A DNA stretch of 63,857 bases, the filler included, from Sluysia triapertura (taxonomy: Eukaryota): NCBI GenBank assembly GCA_046118255.1. It is 4 parts of 4 records of this genome, joined end to end, with 100 filler letters (N's around TTAATTAATTAA, not from the genome) between each part and the next. Parts side by side here need not be neighbours in the genome. Positions count along the whole stretch, not along the records: positions 36,113 to 51,922 come from JBJNIA010218029.1; positions 52,023 to 63,857 come from JBJNIA010165592.1; 2 more parts are not named here. One strand, 5' to 3'. A program made the position numbers and the translations under genes. The notes under the pieces were generated by a model, which worked only from the letters and a program-made list of their open reading frames with translations, was not told where the DNA came from and made no database searches. Below are positions 51,080 through 62,894 of the stretch, in pieces (positions within the stretch are counted from its first letter, which is position 1; every line of letters starts with the position of its first letter).

Positions 51080-51240
51080 CAAATTAAAATTGCAGCACTG
51101 ACCAAACAAATTAAGATCGTGAAACTGACCAATGTAAAATCACGAATTAAACTTGCGAAACAAAATAAAATCATGAAATTATGAAACTGAACAAATGACC
51201 AAATTAAAATCGTTAACGAATTAAACTTGTGAAACTAAAC
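51080..51240. repeat. Short interspersed sub-repeats (transposon subterminal-like)
   Basis: Recurring GAAACTGACCAA, AAATTAAAATCG and ACGAATTAAACTTG(C/T)GAAAC. Confidence 0.6.
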
Positions 51241-51482
51241 AATCTCTCTGACAATATCAAAATGTTCAAACTTAGCACGTGTGTATTATTTAGAGTGAGG
51301 TGTCCTTATATATTGTTTATTTCAAAAATATGCTTAATGTCCTAAAAATCATTAATTTCAAATATAGTTGTTATGCCTTTAATATTATATTTCATATATT
51401 CGGTGTCACGCCATTATTATATGAAAGTTATTATACATTGTTATTAATTATTATTATTATATTAGGTTATAGGACTACAGAT

Positions 51483-51922
51483 TGTGGTGGTCAGCCCTTA
51501 ATATCATTATAATTTGATAAAAATAACCCTTAACATTCTAATATTCATATATCATCTTTACTACACCCATAGAACAATTCATTTGTTAAAGTTAAAGTTT
51601 ATTCACAACCTTATAGCTTATACATCACATTTGCATCTAATACTACCAGTTTTCACCAACAAATCCATCAAAAACATACAACTCTACATTCACAGCAATC
51701 AAATAATAACCACGTTTGAAATTATTCACTTCACATCTTCGAATCAATTATAACATCTTAAATTCATCAATTATCATCACATAATCCCTAACAGTACAAA
51801 ATATATCACTTAAAAACAACAAATAAACAATTCACATAAAACATTCACATTAACCTTTCAAATATACCAAGAGTTATATTTTAATTTATCTTTTCACATA
51901 TATCAAACCACACTCTTCTTAA
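51483..51922 (+). mobile_element. TGT-headed A/C-skewed element running into a gap
   Basis: Head TGTGGTGGTCAGCC, A/C-rich body. Confidence 0.65.
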
Positions 51923-52022
51923 NNNNNNNNNNNNNNNNNNNNNNNNNNNNNNNNNNNNNNNNNNNNTTAATTAATTAANNNNNNNNNNNNNNNNNNNNNN
52001 NNNNNNNNNNNNNNNNNNNNNN

Positions 52023-54201
52023 TCAAATGAGACCATCAAATCTACCGGAAATATTCAAAAAGTATGAGTGTGGAACGTACATTTTCAGATTGCCGTGACG
52101 CAGAGCAACTATTGAGAAAGTGTAGAAAATTAAGTAGAAATCTTGTTGATGAAATGATCGATACTTGTGTTAAAGCAAAATCTGTTCACATCAAAATGAA
52201 GCTTGATAATTTCGAAATCAAAACTCGATCTCAAGTGATGTTGACTTATACTAATGATTCTGATGTTGTAATTGAAGCTACATGCGGACTTTTACGAGCT
52301 GAAATAGAATTGGATCCTCACCTTTGTCTCAGACTTCTTGGTGTTTGTAAAACAGTATCTAGGTAAAGTATTACTTGGTAAAACTTCAGTTGGAGATAAA
52401 AGATCCAGTAAAGAAGTAGAATGTGCTAGTGAGATGGATGAAACTATTCAAGCTCAAATGTCAGTTAAAGTACAAGAGACTTCAAAAATTGCTGGCAAAT
52501 TAATCAGTAAGATTATTGATATGAAGAAGGGTGATATGCAAGAAGTGGTAGAAGACTATCAAACAAAATCTTCCTTATTATTGCAAACTGGTGAAAATAC
52601 AACAGCTTCTAAAATCGAAACTTACACGGAAATAACCAAAAAAATTAACAACAGATTACTAATTATCAATCAAGAAACTGAAAAGGCACGCCAACAGTTA
52701 GAGAATTTGAAGAAATTATATGACGAAAAATTACAATCGAACCAGGATAAGCAACATCAAATTGATGAATATCGTCAAAAAATTGATGAATTCATTTCTC
52801 AAGCTAATAAAGACATAAATGTCGAAGGAGTCGAACAAATGGTTATTAAGTTGGAAGAGTTCAAAGAGCAAGAAAAAGTGTTGAAGACAAATATTGAAAT
52901 TGAAGATAACAAATTAGAAGAAGAATTACGAAGAGTTACAGAAAACCAAATCATTATTGATGATGAGGATAAATTGAAGGAGTTGCAACAGAAGTATGAC
53001 CATGAAAAAAACGATTACATACAGGAAGAAAAAACTAGCTAAGATTACGCGTGAATTAACACGTCTAGAACTTTTTGTGGATAATGTACTAACTAAACGA
53101 GAGATTCATCAATATCAGAAACGTTTTATGGAACTTTCTGATCAAATAAGCATTGCTTATTCGTTAGTATTTGTTTTTGTTATTATTTTCATTGTGATTA
53201 TTATTTATAGATAATATTACTATTAATTAAGTAACAATGTAAAGTTAATGAGTAGGATTGATGTAAATAGTAATTTTTTTCTACGTAAATTATAAATAAG
53301 AGTGTGGTTTAGATACTTGAATAAATATTACATAATTTTTAATGTTACTAATAATAAAATTATAATTTAACATTTTCCATTTGTCGGATAATAAGTGAAT
53401 TACAAGATAGTATGAATAGGGTATCTTTAAAGTTATTCAGTTATACATCCATCAAATTAGTCGTTCTGATATTTATTTGTTTTGTTAGACTTCATAAAAT
53501 GGACTGACCGAAGATTGAACCCGGGACCTCTCGCTGCCCAGTTCGATGCTCTACTCACTGTGCTATCGGACCCGTCTAACAATTTATAGATTAGAATAGT
53601 CAACTGTACTAAGTGGCGGCACCTTAGGCTTATATCCCAACAGTTTGACCATTTCTTCATTTTATAAAAATTTTTTCTATAGTTAATCTCTACTGCATGG
53701 CCAAATATATTGATACAGTTCTGTTTCTTTATTGACATTTATATACATAAAATTTCTATTTTTAGCGATTTTCATATACTATTTAATTTTAATAGAACTT
53801 TCTCACATTAACATTAAATTAATGTAACAAATATATTATTAATAGTAATAATAATATAATTACAGGGAAAATAAGCAATTGTACGATTTATACAATATAC
53901 AAAGCAGTGTCAAAGATTGTTTGCAACGAGAAGTTAATTTATTAAATTCCATTCATGATNNNNNNNNNNNNNNNNNNNNNNNNNNNNNNNNNNNNNNNNN
54001 NNNNNNNNNNNNNNNNNNNNNNNNNNNNNNNNNNNNNNNNNNNNNNNNNNNNNNNNNNNNNNNNNNNNNNNNNNNNNNNNNNNNNNNNNNNNNNNNNNNN
54101 NNNNNNNNNTGAACAGTTCATTCCAAAGTAACAATGCTAAAGATCAGATGATCAAGCAAATGGAACATGTGGCTAATACTATTCGAGAATTGAAGAAAAA
54201 T
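52023..54201 (+). CDS. CCDC93: CCDC93 (CCC/Commander complex), partial; exons ~52023-53162, 53866-53959, ~54110-54201; two frame disruptions
   Basis: LAKITRELTRLELFVDNVLTKREIHQYQKRFMELSDQIS, ENKQLYDLYN...LQREVNLLNSIHD and KDQMIKQMEHVANTI match the CCDC93 C-terminal coiled coil. The GT-AG intron 53163-53865 restores frame. Frameshifts near 52340-52365 and 53030. Confidence 0.85.
53483..53581 (-). mobile_element. tRNA-derived short element with inverted termini, copy 3 (in CCDC93 intron)
   Basis: Minus strand: TGTTAGAC GGGTCCGATAGCACAGTGAGTAGAGCATCGAACTG...GAGAGGTCCCGGGTTCAATCTTCGGTCAGTCCA TTTT ATGAA GTCTAACA. Confidence 0.8.
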
Positions 54202-54229
54202 GTTAGTTTTGTTTTCATTTTAATGAATG

Positions 54230-55048
54230 TGTTGTAATAAAAATATTACTTGGTCTATTATTGTTTCAAGTATAATTGAATCATATAGTTTTAAATACCA
54301 TATGTATTCTGATGATGTTCAAATATGTACTGAATTTGAAATGAATAGTAACATAGAAAATACTATTCGAAGAACAGAAGAACGAGTAATATGGATTGGA
54401 AATAAATACTTGAAAATCAATGAAGAAAAGTCAGAATTTGTAATTTGCAGTAATAAAAATAGCCACAATACTAAAATAAAATAAAATTGTAAAATGATGA
54501 AAATGAAGCTAAAAGTACGAACTTGGAAGAAAATAAAGAAAAAAGCAGCTAATTTTTCATTCATTGATAATTAATAACATAAATTTTAACGATGGTATAT
54601 TGTACTCAATTCCATATAGAAAATCCAAAAATTATAATTAATTATGAATCAAGCAGCAAGACTAATTTTCCAAGTAGTAATGTCTCATTGGTTGCCAATA
54701 AATTATGACAATAATTTATAAATGCTTACATTAAGGAAGTTTTGAATAAAAATATAATAAAAATTCGGAATCCAAATTGTGTATGTCATTAAGATATAAT
54801 ATTCATACAGAATCCACATTATAATAAGCTAGGTGATATGTTAGACGTCGTTAATGTTTCATAAATAAACAATCAGCTACCAGAGAATGTCATATTACTG
54901 GAAGATTATGAAATATTTAAGAAAAAAGCAAAGTTCTTTCTGTTGAATAAATGTTAGGTGAATGATTTATTTTAAGCGCTTTTGAGAACTCGTTTTGCAG
55001 TAGATATCAGCGCTATACAAATTAATATATTATTATTGTTATTGTTAT
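54230..55048 (+). mobile_element. 5'-truncated L2/CR1-clade LINE
   Basis: YHMYSDDVQI (YADD motif)...WIGNKYLKINEEKSEF, later MNQAARLI and HWLPI; typical L2 3' end AAGCGCTTTTGAG...AGCGCTATACAAAT plus (TAT)n tail. Confidence 0.85.
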
Positions 55049-56240
55049 AACAATAGGCCCTAACAAATATTAATTATCAGAATAATAATTTCGACTACTA
55101 TCAGTTTATCGACCTGCAGCACATTTCTAATATTATTGTAATTTATCGCTGGAAAATTCCATTTATATATTATATTGATGGGGCTTCTCGCTAAATAAGA
55201 ATAATCCACAATCATAAAAAATTTAACTGTGATACAAACTTACGAAAAGATTGTGGAGATCAGTTTATTGGTTAAAATTCTCTGCTAAAACTCAGGGATT
55301 TCTTTAGACTATATTTATATTAATTAGAATTGAGTCTCAGATTTATCGTTTAAAAAAGTTTAAAATAGGTCTTGAAAAATATCAGTTTAAGAACATATTT
55401 AAAATGATTCTGAAAATATCAAATAATTATTGATTTTTCAAAGTTAAAGCTTGAATTTTGAAATTTGAATCCTTATTTAAAATAAGATTGATAATGGGGC
55501 GATAGAATTTAAATGTTTAGACAGTAAATATTTTATACAACGTTATTTTAATATTTTCAATAGTAATCAATAATCCAAAAATAATCAATAATATTAAAGG
55601 TATCGATAAAATGTTGATTAACTATTCAAAATGCTACAACAAAATTAATAAAAGATTTTAAGTCTGATTTTAACCGAGTTAAAAGTGGTAAACTGTTGAG
55701 AAATCGTGTTCAGTAATATAGAATTAATGAACTATTGGTTGTCGAGAAATGACACTTTCAATACTGCGGGGATATATGTCTCAGATAATGTTATTTACTG
55801 CTAAGATATATTAATCTACTGCAGGGACATTTTCTAAAAATCTGAAATTATATAAACATGTTCCTTTACTTATTTACAGCACATTTAGTTCAATTATACA
55901 GAAATATCTTCACTGACCAAAAGTCGTATTGAAAGGGTTAAATAGTATTTTTGATATAGTATTCTTAATTTACTTCAGTATATGTATTTTCGGTTTATTG
56001 ATAATGATATATTCACTCTTACAAAATAAATTTTCCTATGTATATAAATTAAATTGATCTTAGTTACTTTTATTATTTTATTTCAATACTAAATTTATTA
56101 ATAATAAATTTATTATTAATTTTACGTAAAGTTGTAGAATTAATAACTATATTTATAGAATATAGAATTTGTACAATATTTATAGAATTAATAGTAAACA
56201 ATGCATATGTACAATTAACAGCAGCAGCAACAACAAAAGC

Positions 56241-56282
<42 letters not shown>

Positions 56283-56729
56283 TAATAAAATTTAGTCTAA
56301 ATTTGAATGTAATAAAATTTTAACACTAAAATGAAGTAATAAATTAAAGTAATTAATTTGTTAATTAATTTAATTAATAAAATTGTTTGAAAATTATTTT
56401 GAAAAATAATAAAATGTCTTCATGATGTCTTCATATAAGAAAGCAATGCATATAAAGAAACATAATGATGAAATTTATTAGTGTTACGAACAAATAAATA
56501 TAATATACAATATAATATAATATAATATACAATAATTAATTTTATTCACCAAGTTAAATTTCTATGTATTACAATGATCATACGTACACGTTATTGAAAT
56601 TGACATGTTATGCCTTGTTTTTAAAGTTATTATTAAGTTTTTTATATTTGATCAAATTTATATTCAATTTAAGTTGATGTATTATTATATCAATAAGTAC
56701 TGTGAAGTGAGCATAAAATAAATGTAATG

Positions 56730-56790
56730 AGTAAAAATCGTGAGTTCACCAACGTACTTGACTTACCAGCGAGGGCCAGCCGTTGGATTT
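56730..56790 (-). other. GC-rich 48-bp conserved motif, copy 1 (inverted copy at 58664-58711)
   Basis: 40/48 identity by manual alignment; contains GGTAAG within a CCAACG/CGTTGG stem. Confidence 0.7.
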
Positions 56791-57999
56791 TTTACGTAAA
56801 GAAAAGGTGTTCTAATAAAATCTCGAAACTTCAATCGACTTCCTGACTAAAAAACCTGGAGGTAACTTAATATTATTTTAACCTATCTTATTAACTTAAA
56901 AGTGAATTTGTACGGATCCTACAATAAGGATTCTTTATTCTATTTTTTTAGTTAAGGATTATTTTATTTCTTAGTTATACTAAAATTCAATAAGTTTCTT
57001 TCAGGAAGATTTATTATAATACAAAAAGAGAAAATATAATAAAAAAATAATAACAATACAGATTTTTCTCGAATTAGCGATGTAATTCAAATATTAATAA
57101 AATTTTAGAAAAGATTTTACAATGATCTATGATAAGATCATGAACATTAAAATAAGTTAATAAAGTTACGTGTATTTTACAATGATATTTAAATAATATC
57201 GACCTTAACAAAAATAAGCTAACGAGGTTAACGAGGTTGATAGATAAATAAGTGTTCACTCATTCACATCAATGAATTAGGCATAAAAATAATTAATAAA
57301 ATCATATCACAACAATTCTGAACAAGGTAAGAGTTTGTTCATCACAACACTAAATATCTTTGAATAATTGCTGGATAATAGTAAGACGGAAATTTTATGG
57401 AAATTAATGTTTAAATTTAATTATTAAAATTGGTCGGCATAAAACGGATTCTAAGAAATAAGCATGTGTTGTCGACTTCCCGACTTTCCAACAATTATCT
57501 AAATGCATTTATTGCAAAAGTTATTACAATTTTCTTATGTTATAAGAAGGCTAGTTCAATATAGTAATGGCAAACACTGATTACATGTTACGTTTCTTTA
57601 GTAATCTCACTAAACTTTATTTTTGATTGATTTATTTGTGTTTATAAAATAAGATAAACTTGTTTATTGCTTGAAATGAAAACTGCTTGTTATTCTAAGT
57701 TTAAATTAGACTTATTCTTTATGTAAGACTGTATTGTAATCAACACGCTATATTGGTTTTAACAGTAACACATTATTTTAATATTGATTGATTTTTGTTA
57801 CAGAACATTGATCTTAAATAATAAATATTGATTGATGATAATATTAATATTTTTAATCCGTTTTAATGTGAAATTTTATTATTTGAAAAGTAATTAATTT
57901 TTATTAATTTTTATGATTAATTTTATCATAAAATAATTAATTTTTGAAAATAATTTTTAAAAAAATTAAATAATGAAATTAAAGATTTTTGTTTTACAC

Positions 58000-58300
58000 A
58001 TTCAAGGTCAACAAAAAAAGACCTATAAATACTCTCACAATATTGAGCACAATCTTAACCTTGAAACACAATTTTATACAATTTTACTACTTCGATTTTT
58101 CTGGACACAGCGTTCCAAGTGCTACAAAATCTGTTCATCGCATAGTTATGAAACAGTTCACATCCAACAATCAAAAGGATCCGCTCACATATTCTTCTAG
58201 ACAAAAACTTTGATTTATTATAAACGTTAGTTTATTTATATGAGGTGTCGATACTTATAAGTACCATTCGAAAAATCCAGGAAAAATCAATTTTAATAAA
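58000..58300 (+). mobile_element. Possible mariner/Tc1 N-terminal HTH remnant
   Basis: FSGHSVPSATKSVHRIVMKQFTSNNQKD...SSRQK resembles PSxxTIxRxVxKFxxTGSVxDxxRSGR. Confidence 0.3.
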
Positions 58301-58663
58301 ATTTGGAACCATTTAGTGGTTCTGGCGTAAATTTATAATTCAAATATTTTTGTTAAATTAATTAACAGATAATTTTGTAAATTAACTATCTGTATTACTT
58401 GTTTAATTTTTGTAATACAAAGTTAATATTTGAGTTTTGAATTTAACTAATAACTTCTACAGTTTTAAAATCATAAAATCGCCCGAGTATAGAAGCTTAT
58501 CAGAATTTCATTCAGATTCGTAAAATCAATTAATATAAAATGATTTTCATGGGATTTTCGTAAAATATAATAACTAACCTTTTAGAAATTTTAATAACAT
58601 CCATATTTAATTTTGTAATTAAGCCAACAAGCACTAAGAAGTTTGTTTTTTAACCTTCAAATA

Positions 58664-58711
58664 CCAACGGCTAGCTCTAACCGGTAAGCCTAGTACGATG
58701 GTGAACTCACG
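58664..58711 (+). other. GC-rich 48-bp conserved motif, copy 2
   Basis: CCAACGGCTAGCTCTAACCGGTAAGCCTAGTACGATGGTGAACTCACG. Confidence 0.7.
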
Positions 58712-58914
58712 TATGATGTTACTTTATTCTGTTAGCGTAGGTTTAAGAAAAGTAAACCCCATCATTTGTATAAATATGAATAACTCTTACGTTAAAACTA
58801 TTCGCAATAAATAAAATTTTTACTTTTAAATTATTTGAATTTAACTCAATGACTTCTAATTATCCAAACTTTCTAAATACTTTGCTTAATAAGTATAAAG
58901 AGTCTCTAACAGAA

Positions 58915-58974
58915 ACGGTCCCTGTCGTTGCGGAGTTCGTTGCTCTACCACTGAGCTATCAGCCCCGTCTAACA
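58915..58974 (-). mobile_element. tRNA-derived short element, copy 4 (3'-truncated)
   Basis: Minus strand TGTTAGACGGGGCTGATAGCTCAGTGGTAGAGCAACGAACT: near-canonical tRNA D-arm/A box. Confidence 0.75.
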
Positions 58975-59425
58975 ATTTTATTTTATCATAGTCAATATTT
59001 GTATACGTGAAAAGAATTTCAAAAGTATCCCTTGACCTAATCAAGAAAATTATAAGCTCCTAATATCTATAAGTTATGACTATTAACTTAAGTTAATAGT
59101 TAATTAAGTTAATTGAGACTGATGATGTATTTAGACGTTTTAAGTCTGTTATAATTCTACAGCAGGTTGTCAGAGATACAGTGTCATATTAAATACGTAC
59201 TGTGAAGTTTTAAGCAATGTAATGTGTTTAAGATTGTACTTGATTTATATTTTTAATGGTTTTAATTGTTTGAATGACTTTATCAATAATAAAATTGTAG
59301 GTTTTGTAGTAAACCACCAAAGCTTGTTAATCTTTGTTTTCCATTTCCATTTCAACAAAATTATTTGGATATTACAATTACTAAGATATTTTATATTAAT
59401 TTTTTTATTATTATGTTATATTATT

Positions 59426-60321
59426 TGCAGTGCCCAACCTATTACCTTAATAAATTTTATTAAAAAATTTATATTACACATTTTCAAAAATCCATTAAAA
59501 ACATTCTTTTTACATAAGTTTTTGCCAACATAACATTCTCTCCCAAAATCTACAACTCACATTTTTCAATTCACAACTAGTACAAAAATAATATAATCAT
59601 ATTCAGTTCAACACCACATAACAACTTTGTAAAATTCGTCACAACCGTTTTTATATCTTATTCCTTTTTACATCCACCAAAATCAACTTCCAATTTTTTC
59701 AAAACATTTCAAATCTTCAACCTTATAACATTCAAACCACAATCACATCCAATAGCACCAAATTACACTAAGAAATTCATCAAAAATATTTTATTCGTCA
59801 TTTCAGAACAATCTAACTACAATCACATGAGAAATTAACTATCAGACACCTTTAAATTAATTCAAACATTCTAAATTCATGATATGCACATTTAATTCTC
59901 AACAGCACATAAAGACATCACTGCTTAAATATATCAAGAAAATAAATCACATTTTTAACATTCTATAATCATTTTGCGAAAATATCAAAAGTTAGACTAT
60001 AACTTATCTACTTTTTATACACTAAACTACACCCTTATAACATATTAGTAACTCACGATCTATAAACATTTTCAACTAGAAACATTATTTCATTTAGAAC
60101 ATTAGGCTGAATTATCTAAAATTCATGCAAAACTAGAAAACAGCAGTTAAAATTTATATTAAAACGCCTAACGCATTATCTTACATCTCTAAGCTGTAAA
60201 ATCGCAAATTCACAATTCTGTAAACTTCATCTGTTTTTTAAGTCTAACATGTTCAGAAATTCAAGAGAACAAAAGCAAGATCATGCATAAAGCTTTAAAA
60301 GACAAAGAGTTTACGTAGTTA

Positions 60322-60322
<1 letters not shown>
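59426..60322 (+). mobile_element. TGT-headed A/C-skewed element (cassette C)
   Basis: Head TGCAGTGCCCAACC; 3' end CAAGATCATGCATAAAGCTTTAAAAGACAAAGAGTTTACGTA; (AAT)n at 60323-60363. Confidence 0.7.
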
Positions 60323-60366
<44 letters not shown>

Positions 60367-60442
60367 TTTTTGTTATTATTATTATTATTACTGTTTTAAT
60401 TTTCATTATTATTTATTATTAATTCATTTGATTTGGTAACTG

Positions 60443-60623
60443 CCATTATCAACGGTGACATATTTAATTTACATATATGGCTCAATGTCATAGTTGATGA
60501 TGGTTGGCATCATAGTGTAATTTGCTGACGTATTATTTATTTTATCTGTTCCCATTGACCATCCAATCAGAACAAGCATTACTGTTGTTATCATTTCAAT
60601 ACCCCTGGTTGGATGACCAATCA
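60443..60623 (+). promoter_or_regulatory. Dyad + CCAAT module (cassette C)
   Basis: CCATTATCAACGGTGACA (60443-60460) / TGTCATAGTTGATGATGG (60486-60503), then CATCCAATCAG / CTGGTTGGATG and ACCAATCA. Confidence 0.75.
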
Positions 60624-60660
60624 ATAATTACTTTATCACAAATTTTTATTTACTAAAAAT

Positions 60661-61190
60661 AATGTTGTAAATATTTTAACTACGGAGATAGAATTTAACA
60701 AATTTCTACAGAATATTACATTTGATATTTATGATACTCGTTACGTATTTATTAAAGAAATCAGTATATTTTCCTTTGGTTTAGTATGTAAAGTGAAGCA
60801 TAAAATTAATTCTGAATGTTGCGCGATAAAAAAAAGTTCGAAATCCGTTTAAGAGCGAAATAACTTTAATTGGAAGTATGCACGAAATTAAAATTATTAA
60901 TCATTTTAACCATCGAAACATTAATATTATTGATATATTTCTTAAACAAACTTCTAATTTAAATGAAACATTCGATATTTACGTAGCGTTTAATTCAATG
61001 GAAACAGATTTGCATAGTATAATATCATCTAAACAAGAACTTTCTGATGATCATAGTCGTTATTTTTTGTATCAAATATTTGGTAGCCTTAATCACATTC
61101 ATTCGGCTGCAATAATACATAGAGACTTGAAACCTGCTAATGTTCTTGTCAATCGTAGCTGATTTTGGGATGGAAAGGTCAGTTGAACGA
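60661..61190 (+). pseudogene. MAP kinase (ERK5/MAPK7-like) N-terminal part, disrupted and truncated
   Basis: RYVFIKEISIFSFGLVC...CAIKK, +1 shift in an A-run near 60835, EIKIINHFNH...METDLHSII...RYFLYQI...IIHRDLKPANVLVN, then a frameshifting deletion before VADFGM. No TxY or APE motif follows. Confidence 0.85.
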
Positions 61191-61957
61191 ATAAATCCAA
61201 TCGGGGTTTCTGGTTCGAATTGTAATTATATACTTCAAGATGTTCTAAAGATGATAGAAGAATTTCGACAATTAAAAAGGTTTTTACTCGACGCTCCTAT
61301 TTATAATACTGATGTACAATTTAAGGAACATATGTTTTTAGTATGCATGAAAGCTTTCAAAAAAACTGTTTATAGATTAATTTATATAATCAGAAAAGGG
61401 TACAATATGTACGAAGTTAAATCAAAGAAATTTTGTCTGAATGAACGACCGGAAAGCTATAATGAAAATAATGCTAGTATTGAAAATTTTAATAATATTG
61501 ATGAAGATACTGTGCTGGAGTCATTCAAAATTATCATAATTCTAACAAACGAAGTCTAGAAATAACACAACCAATAAGTTTATTTAGTTCGACTCTTTGT
61601 TTATCAAATAAATTAAATCGATGTTCGACAATACAAAGTCAGACTCTAAAAAATGACACTTCACCGATTCATGAATGTTAAATGACTCCTAAAAGTTTTA
61701 AACGATGCATTCAAAATAATAGTGATTTGTTTTCATCATTTATTCTCAATGAAAAGATTCTGGACGTCGTTATCAGCATGGCAGAGCAAATCAAAGTAAT
61801 GTGTTCAGATAATATTTTTAATCATGAAGAAAAAATTTGTGCAATTAATTTAAATGGTTTAGTTTTGGCTGTTTGCGACCTATTCGAATTACACAATGAA
61901 CTTAAAATAGCGGAATGTACGACACGAATGACACATTATCCAAAACAGCATACCTAA
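61190..61957 (+). pseudogene. Non-kinase coding-like sequence fused downstream of the MAPK fragment
   Basis: ORFs 61140-61559 and 61682-61957 read as helical protein with no kinase subdomains VIII-XI. Confidence 0.4.
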
Positions 61958-62894
61958 TGTATTTGTTATTTTCTTATTTATTATTTTGATATTATTATAA
62001 TTCGTTAATATGGTTTTTGAATTTAAACTTGAATTGTAGCCAATCAAAAATAAGTATTAATTAGTTAATAATTCAATATTAATAATTAATAGAAATTACT
62101 TTATTTCTGGAATACATTTATTATTAATCACAAATAATAATAATAATAAAATAGTAATGTGTCGCAACATATATAAATTGAAATTTTCTTTTTGTAAATT
62201 GATTTATCGATTAGTTTTTAATACTGAAGCAGAAATTCGTTTTTTGTACTTTTTATTGCTCACTGTGGCATTATTATTCAATTCTTAATAGTTAACAATT
62301 CAACTATAATTAAAGTGACACCAAGAATAATGTTGATAATACACGATTATAAAGTAACTTTAACCTTTTAATTTTAAGTAGGACTTGCTACGAGGTCGTT
62401 TATAACTGAAATATGATCAAAATATGTATTAAAATTATAAAATATAATTAAAGTGATAAATAATCATAATTAAATTAACATAACTGACTTTTGTGATATT
62501 AATATGTTGATGTTACAAGTTTTTGTGAATGAAGTGTTTATGAGCCGAGTAGTCGTAGATATTTTCGAAATTGTATTATATATTTACTAGTGAATGCATC
62601 ACAGAAGAACCTTTTGTTTGAAGCATAATTGTCAAAATGTACTCGTTTTGACGAGATTTGTTTGTATATGGATATGCTTCACTCATGAATCTTATCAAAA
62701 CCATGGTTCCCCTTTTATCTTATATTCATTTAACCTTTTGTTTGTTAAGTTAAATTATCTTATAAAAGAAAACTTTTGCTCTAGTTTCTTTCAACTTTAA
62801 TATCCGATATTTCATGATCTAATTTGATTATATTTTTATTATACATTTGCTTACAATTTCAGATTTTGGGCGAATTACGTTGAATTTTATATAA

